From NCBI GenBank assembly GCA_965215335.1, contig CBDCDA010000001.1, positions 1,792,001-1,856,000 of the forward strand: 64,000 nt of DNA, read 5' to 3'. Below the pieces are notes generated by a model that was not told the DNA's origin, made no database searches, and was given only the letters and a program-made list of their open reading frames with translations. Position 1 is the stretch's first letter, and each line of letters starts with the position of its first letter. Shown here piece after piece: positions 61,267 through 64,000 of this stretch. Both the position numbers and the translations under genes were made by a program. The DNA comes from an uncultured Candidatus Entotheonella sp. (GTDB taxonomy: Bacteria > Tectomicrobia > Entotheonellia > Entotheonellales > Entotheonellaceae).

Positions 61267-61923
61267 TCACAACCACCGCACCGCGCCCTTGTCGATCAAT
61301 TCGCGCCAGATCTCATCCGGCGTTGTGCTGAACACCGTTTCGGCGTCGGCGGGCAAGACGTGCCAATCGCCGCGCGCCACCTCACGGTCGAGCTGCCCCG
61401 GCGCCCATCCCGCGTAGCCGGCGTAAACGTGCACGGACGCTGCGGAGCCCGCTCTGCCGAACGCGTCGAGGAGCACCCGGCGGCTGGTGCCGACGTAGAT
61501 GTCATCGACGACGCGATCGGTGCCGGGGCGCGGCCTGTCGGAGCGCAGGAGCAGCAGCAGGCGGGTGCGTTCCACCGGCCCACCGAGATATACGGTGTCG
61601 AGGCGCCGCTGCAATCCCCTGATTTCGGGAAACACGGTGGCGAGTTTCACGCCCGTCGGCCGGTTGATGATCACCCCCCGCGCGCCGCGCTCGCCATAGT
61701 TGAGCAACAGGATGACGGTTGCCGCAAAATCGGGGTCTCGGAGCTGCTGGCTGGCGACGAGAAATCTGCCCGTGGACAGGGCCGCCTGGGGCGTCGTCTG
61801 CGGCACGACGACGGACACGGACAAGGACAAGGACAGCAAAAAAAGAACGAACCCCGTGACGGCGAGGGTCCCCGACGCCCTGAAACGGTAGCTCCGGGTG
61901 CAAACAGCAGCGCGACGCGTCAT
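61267..61923 (-). CDS. YqgE/AlgH family protein with N-terminal hydrophobic segment
   Basis: GRFLVA, DPDF...[26 protein letters not shown] and W..L. Confidence 0.85.
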   Translation of the reverse strand: MTRRAAVCTRSYRFRASGTLAVTGFVLFLLSLSLSVSVVVPQTTPQAALSTGRFLVASQQLRDPDFAATVILLLNYGERGARGVIINRPTGVKLATVFPEIRGLQRRLDTVYLGGPVERTRLLLLLRSDRPRPGTDRVVDDIYVGTSRRVLLDAFGRAGSAASVHVYAGYAGWAPGQLDREVARGDWHVLPADAETVFSTTPDEIWRELIDKGAVRWL

Positions 61924-62104
61924 AATAAGGTCCTCGGTTCGGGGCAGATCAACCGATTGCGCCGGGCCAACGTAACCGACTTTCTGGTCGTGTTCAAGCC
62001 CCCGAATCGCATCGATCCTGTCCCCCTGCCGAAAGTATAATCCGTGGGAAATAACGCACTTGACGTTTATTGCCAGCACGCTCTGACGATGGAGAGAACC
62101 GCTC

Positions 62105-64000
62105 ATGACGGTCACACTTGACGATAAATATGCCGTGCTTGAAGGCAGCGTTTACCTGACCGGGATTCAGGCGCTGGTGCGGCTTGCCATTGATCAGCAA
62201 CGGCGCGATGCCAGGGCCGGGCTGCGAACCGGTGCGTTCATCACCGGCTACGAGGGCTCACCGCTCGCCGGGTACGACCTGACCCTGGCGCGGGTGGGGC
62301 GCCTGCTCAGCGAGCATCGCATCGTCCACCAGCCGGCGGTGAACGAGGAACTGGCCGCCACCGCGGTGATGGGCAGTCAGAGCGTGCACCTGTTCCCCGG
62401 CCCGCAGGTCGACGGGGTGAACGGCATCTGGTATGGCAAAGGCCCCGGCGTCGACCGCAGCGGCGACGTGTTCAAGCACGCCAACTTCGGCGGCACAGGG
62501 CCTGACAGCGCGGCGCTCGTGCTGGCGGGCGACGATCACAACTGCAAAAGCTCCACGGTGCCGCACCAGAGCGATCACGCCCTGCTCGCGGCCGGCATCC
62601 CCGTCCTCTATCCCGCCACCATTCAGGAATTTCTGCTCTACGGCCTGCACGCTTTCGCCCTGTCGCGCTTCAGCGGCTGCTGGGTAGCCCTGAAGCTGGT
62701 CACCAACCTGTGCGACGGCGGCAGCGTGGTGGACGTGCACCCCGACGCACCCGAAATTGTCATCCCGGACGTGACCATCGACGGCGAACCCTTCCGCAAG
62801 CGCCAGGACACCACCTTCCTGCCCCCCGGCACCATCGAGCTCGAACGCCACCTCTTCGTCGAGCGCCACGCCGCGGTGCGCGCCTACGGGGCCGCCAACG
62901 GCCTGTACGGGGCCGATACGCAGGCGGGCGACGCCCGCCTCGGGCTGATCAGTGCCGGCAAGAGCCAGGCCGACTTGCAACAGGCGTTGCTCGACATGGG
63001 ACTGGATAACGCGACGCTGCAACGGTTGGGCATTCGCGTCCTGAATCTGGGCATGATTTATCCGCTGGCGACTGAGAACATCCGGCGCTTTGCGCGCGGT
63101 CTGGAAGAAATCATCGTCGTCGAGGAAAAGCGAGACTTCCTCGAAAGCCAGGTCCGCGACTGCCTGTACGGCATGACGGCAGCGCCGCGGCTGCTGGGCA
63201 AAACCACCGAGATGGGTCAGCCCTTCCTGCCCGTGCACGGCGAGCTGGACGCCGACATCATCGCCGCGCGCATCGGGCCGCGCCTGCGGCGTCTGGGCGA
63301 GGCGTCGGGCATCGACGCGCGCCTGGCCGTGCTGGAAGCCATCCGCGAGCGCCAGTACGACCCCTTCATGGCGCGCAAGCCGAATTACTGCTCCGGCTGC
63401 CCGCACAGTCGCTCCACCCGCATGCTCGACGGCCAGGTCACCGGCGGCGGCATCGGCTGCCACGGCATGGGTGGGCTGATCGAGCAGGATATGCGCCACA
63501 CCCGCTACCTGACGCAGATGGGCGGCGAGGGCCTGCCGTGGGTCGGCGCAGCGCCGTTCAGCGGCACCCAACACATCTTCCAGAACATTGGCGACGGCAC
63601 GTATTTTCACTCCGGCAGCCAGGCCCTGCGCGCCTGTGTGGCAGCCGGGGTCAATATCACGTTCAAGCTCCTCTACAACGGCGCCGTGGCGATGACGGGC
63701 GGCCAGGACGCGCAGGGCAGCATGAGCATCCCGGCACTCACCCACAGCATGGCGGCGGAGGGGGTGCGAAAGATCATCATCGTCTCCGAACAGCCGCGGC
63801 GCTGGCGCGGCGCGCGCCTCGCCCCGATCGCCACGCTGCGCGGCCGCGAGTCGTTCTTTGCGTCGCTCAAGGATCTGGAGGCCACGCCGGGGGTGACGGT
63901 GCTGATCAACGACCAGCAGTGCGCCGCCGAGAAACGCCGCCAGCGCAAGCGCGGCATTCAGGCGGAACCCAACGTCTTCGCGCTGATCAATGAGGAAGTC
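62105..64000 (+). CDS. Indolepyruvate:ferredoxin oxidoreductase family protein (partial, runs off the window)
   Basis: Manual translation MTVTLDDKYAVLEGSVYLTGIQALVRL, GYEGSPL, VNEELAATA, WYGKGPGVDRSGD, YCSGCPH, GDGTYFHSG and CAAEKRR. Absent from the ORF track because there is no stop. Confidence 0.9.
   Translation, partial: MTVTLDDKYAVLEGSVYLTGIQALVRLAIDQQRRDARAGLRTGAFITGYEGSPLAGYDLTLARVGRLLSEHRIVHQPAVNEELAATAVMGSQSVHLFPGPQVDGVNGIWYGKGPGVDRSGDVFKHANFGGTGPDSAALVLAGDDHNCKSSTVPHQSDHALLAAGIPVLYPATIQEFLLYGLHAFALSRFSGCWVALKLVTNLCDGGSVVDVHPDAPEIVIPDVTIDGEPFRKRQDTTFLPPGTIELERHLFVERHAAVRAYGAANGLYGADTQAGDARLGLISAGKSQADLQQALLDMGLDNATLQRLGIRVLNLGMIYPLATENIRRFARGLEEIIVVEEKRDFLESQVRDCLYGMTAAPRLLGKTTEMGQPFLPVHGELDADIIAARIGPRLRRLGEASGIDARLAVLEAIRERQYDPFMARKPNYCSGCPHSRSTRMLDGQVTGGGIGCHGMGGLIEQDMRHTRYLTQMGGEGLPWVGAAPFSGTQHIFQNIGDGTYFHSGSQALRACVAAGVNITFKLLYNGAVAMTGGQDAQGSMSIPALTHSMAAEGVRKIIIVSEQPRRWRGARLAPIATLRGRESFFASLKDLEATPGVTVLINDQQCAAEKRRQRKRGIQAEPNVFALINEEV

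Overview
High-GC bacterial chromosomal window with no rRNA, tRNA or transposase that I can recognise. The left 39 kb mixes housekeeping genes (pgk 5' end, selD fused to a flavin oxidoreductase, arfB, argD, sufS/sufU, fabI, radC, purF, rplU-rpmA-obg-proB-rsfS) with accessory redox, hydrolase and transport genes, including F420-dependent types. 39.5-53.3 kb is a complete type I-E CRISPR-Cas locus on the minus strand (cas3-cas8e-cas11-cas7-cas5-cas6e-[extra gene]-cas1-cas2-leader-array of 58 repeats plus one degenerate repeat). The right end carries an amidohydrolase, an FGE-sulfatase-domain protein, a fused glyQS, yqgE and the 5' part of an indolepyruvate:ferredoxin oxidoreductase. Main points of interest: (1) a two-domain rhodanese whose catalytic Cys codon is an in-frame UGA followed by a SECIS-like hairpin, i.e. 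a probable selenoprotein missed by the ORF track; (2) a Schlafen/AlbA_2-domain gene inside the cas operon between cas6e and cas1; (3) spacer pairs hitting the same coding site in diverged relatives of one invader; (4) a DGR-variable-region-like NNC codon run in the FGE-sulfatase gene; (5) a +1 frameshift in an ABC ATPase. All family calls come from motif recognition by eye; no searches were run.
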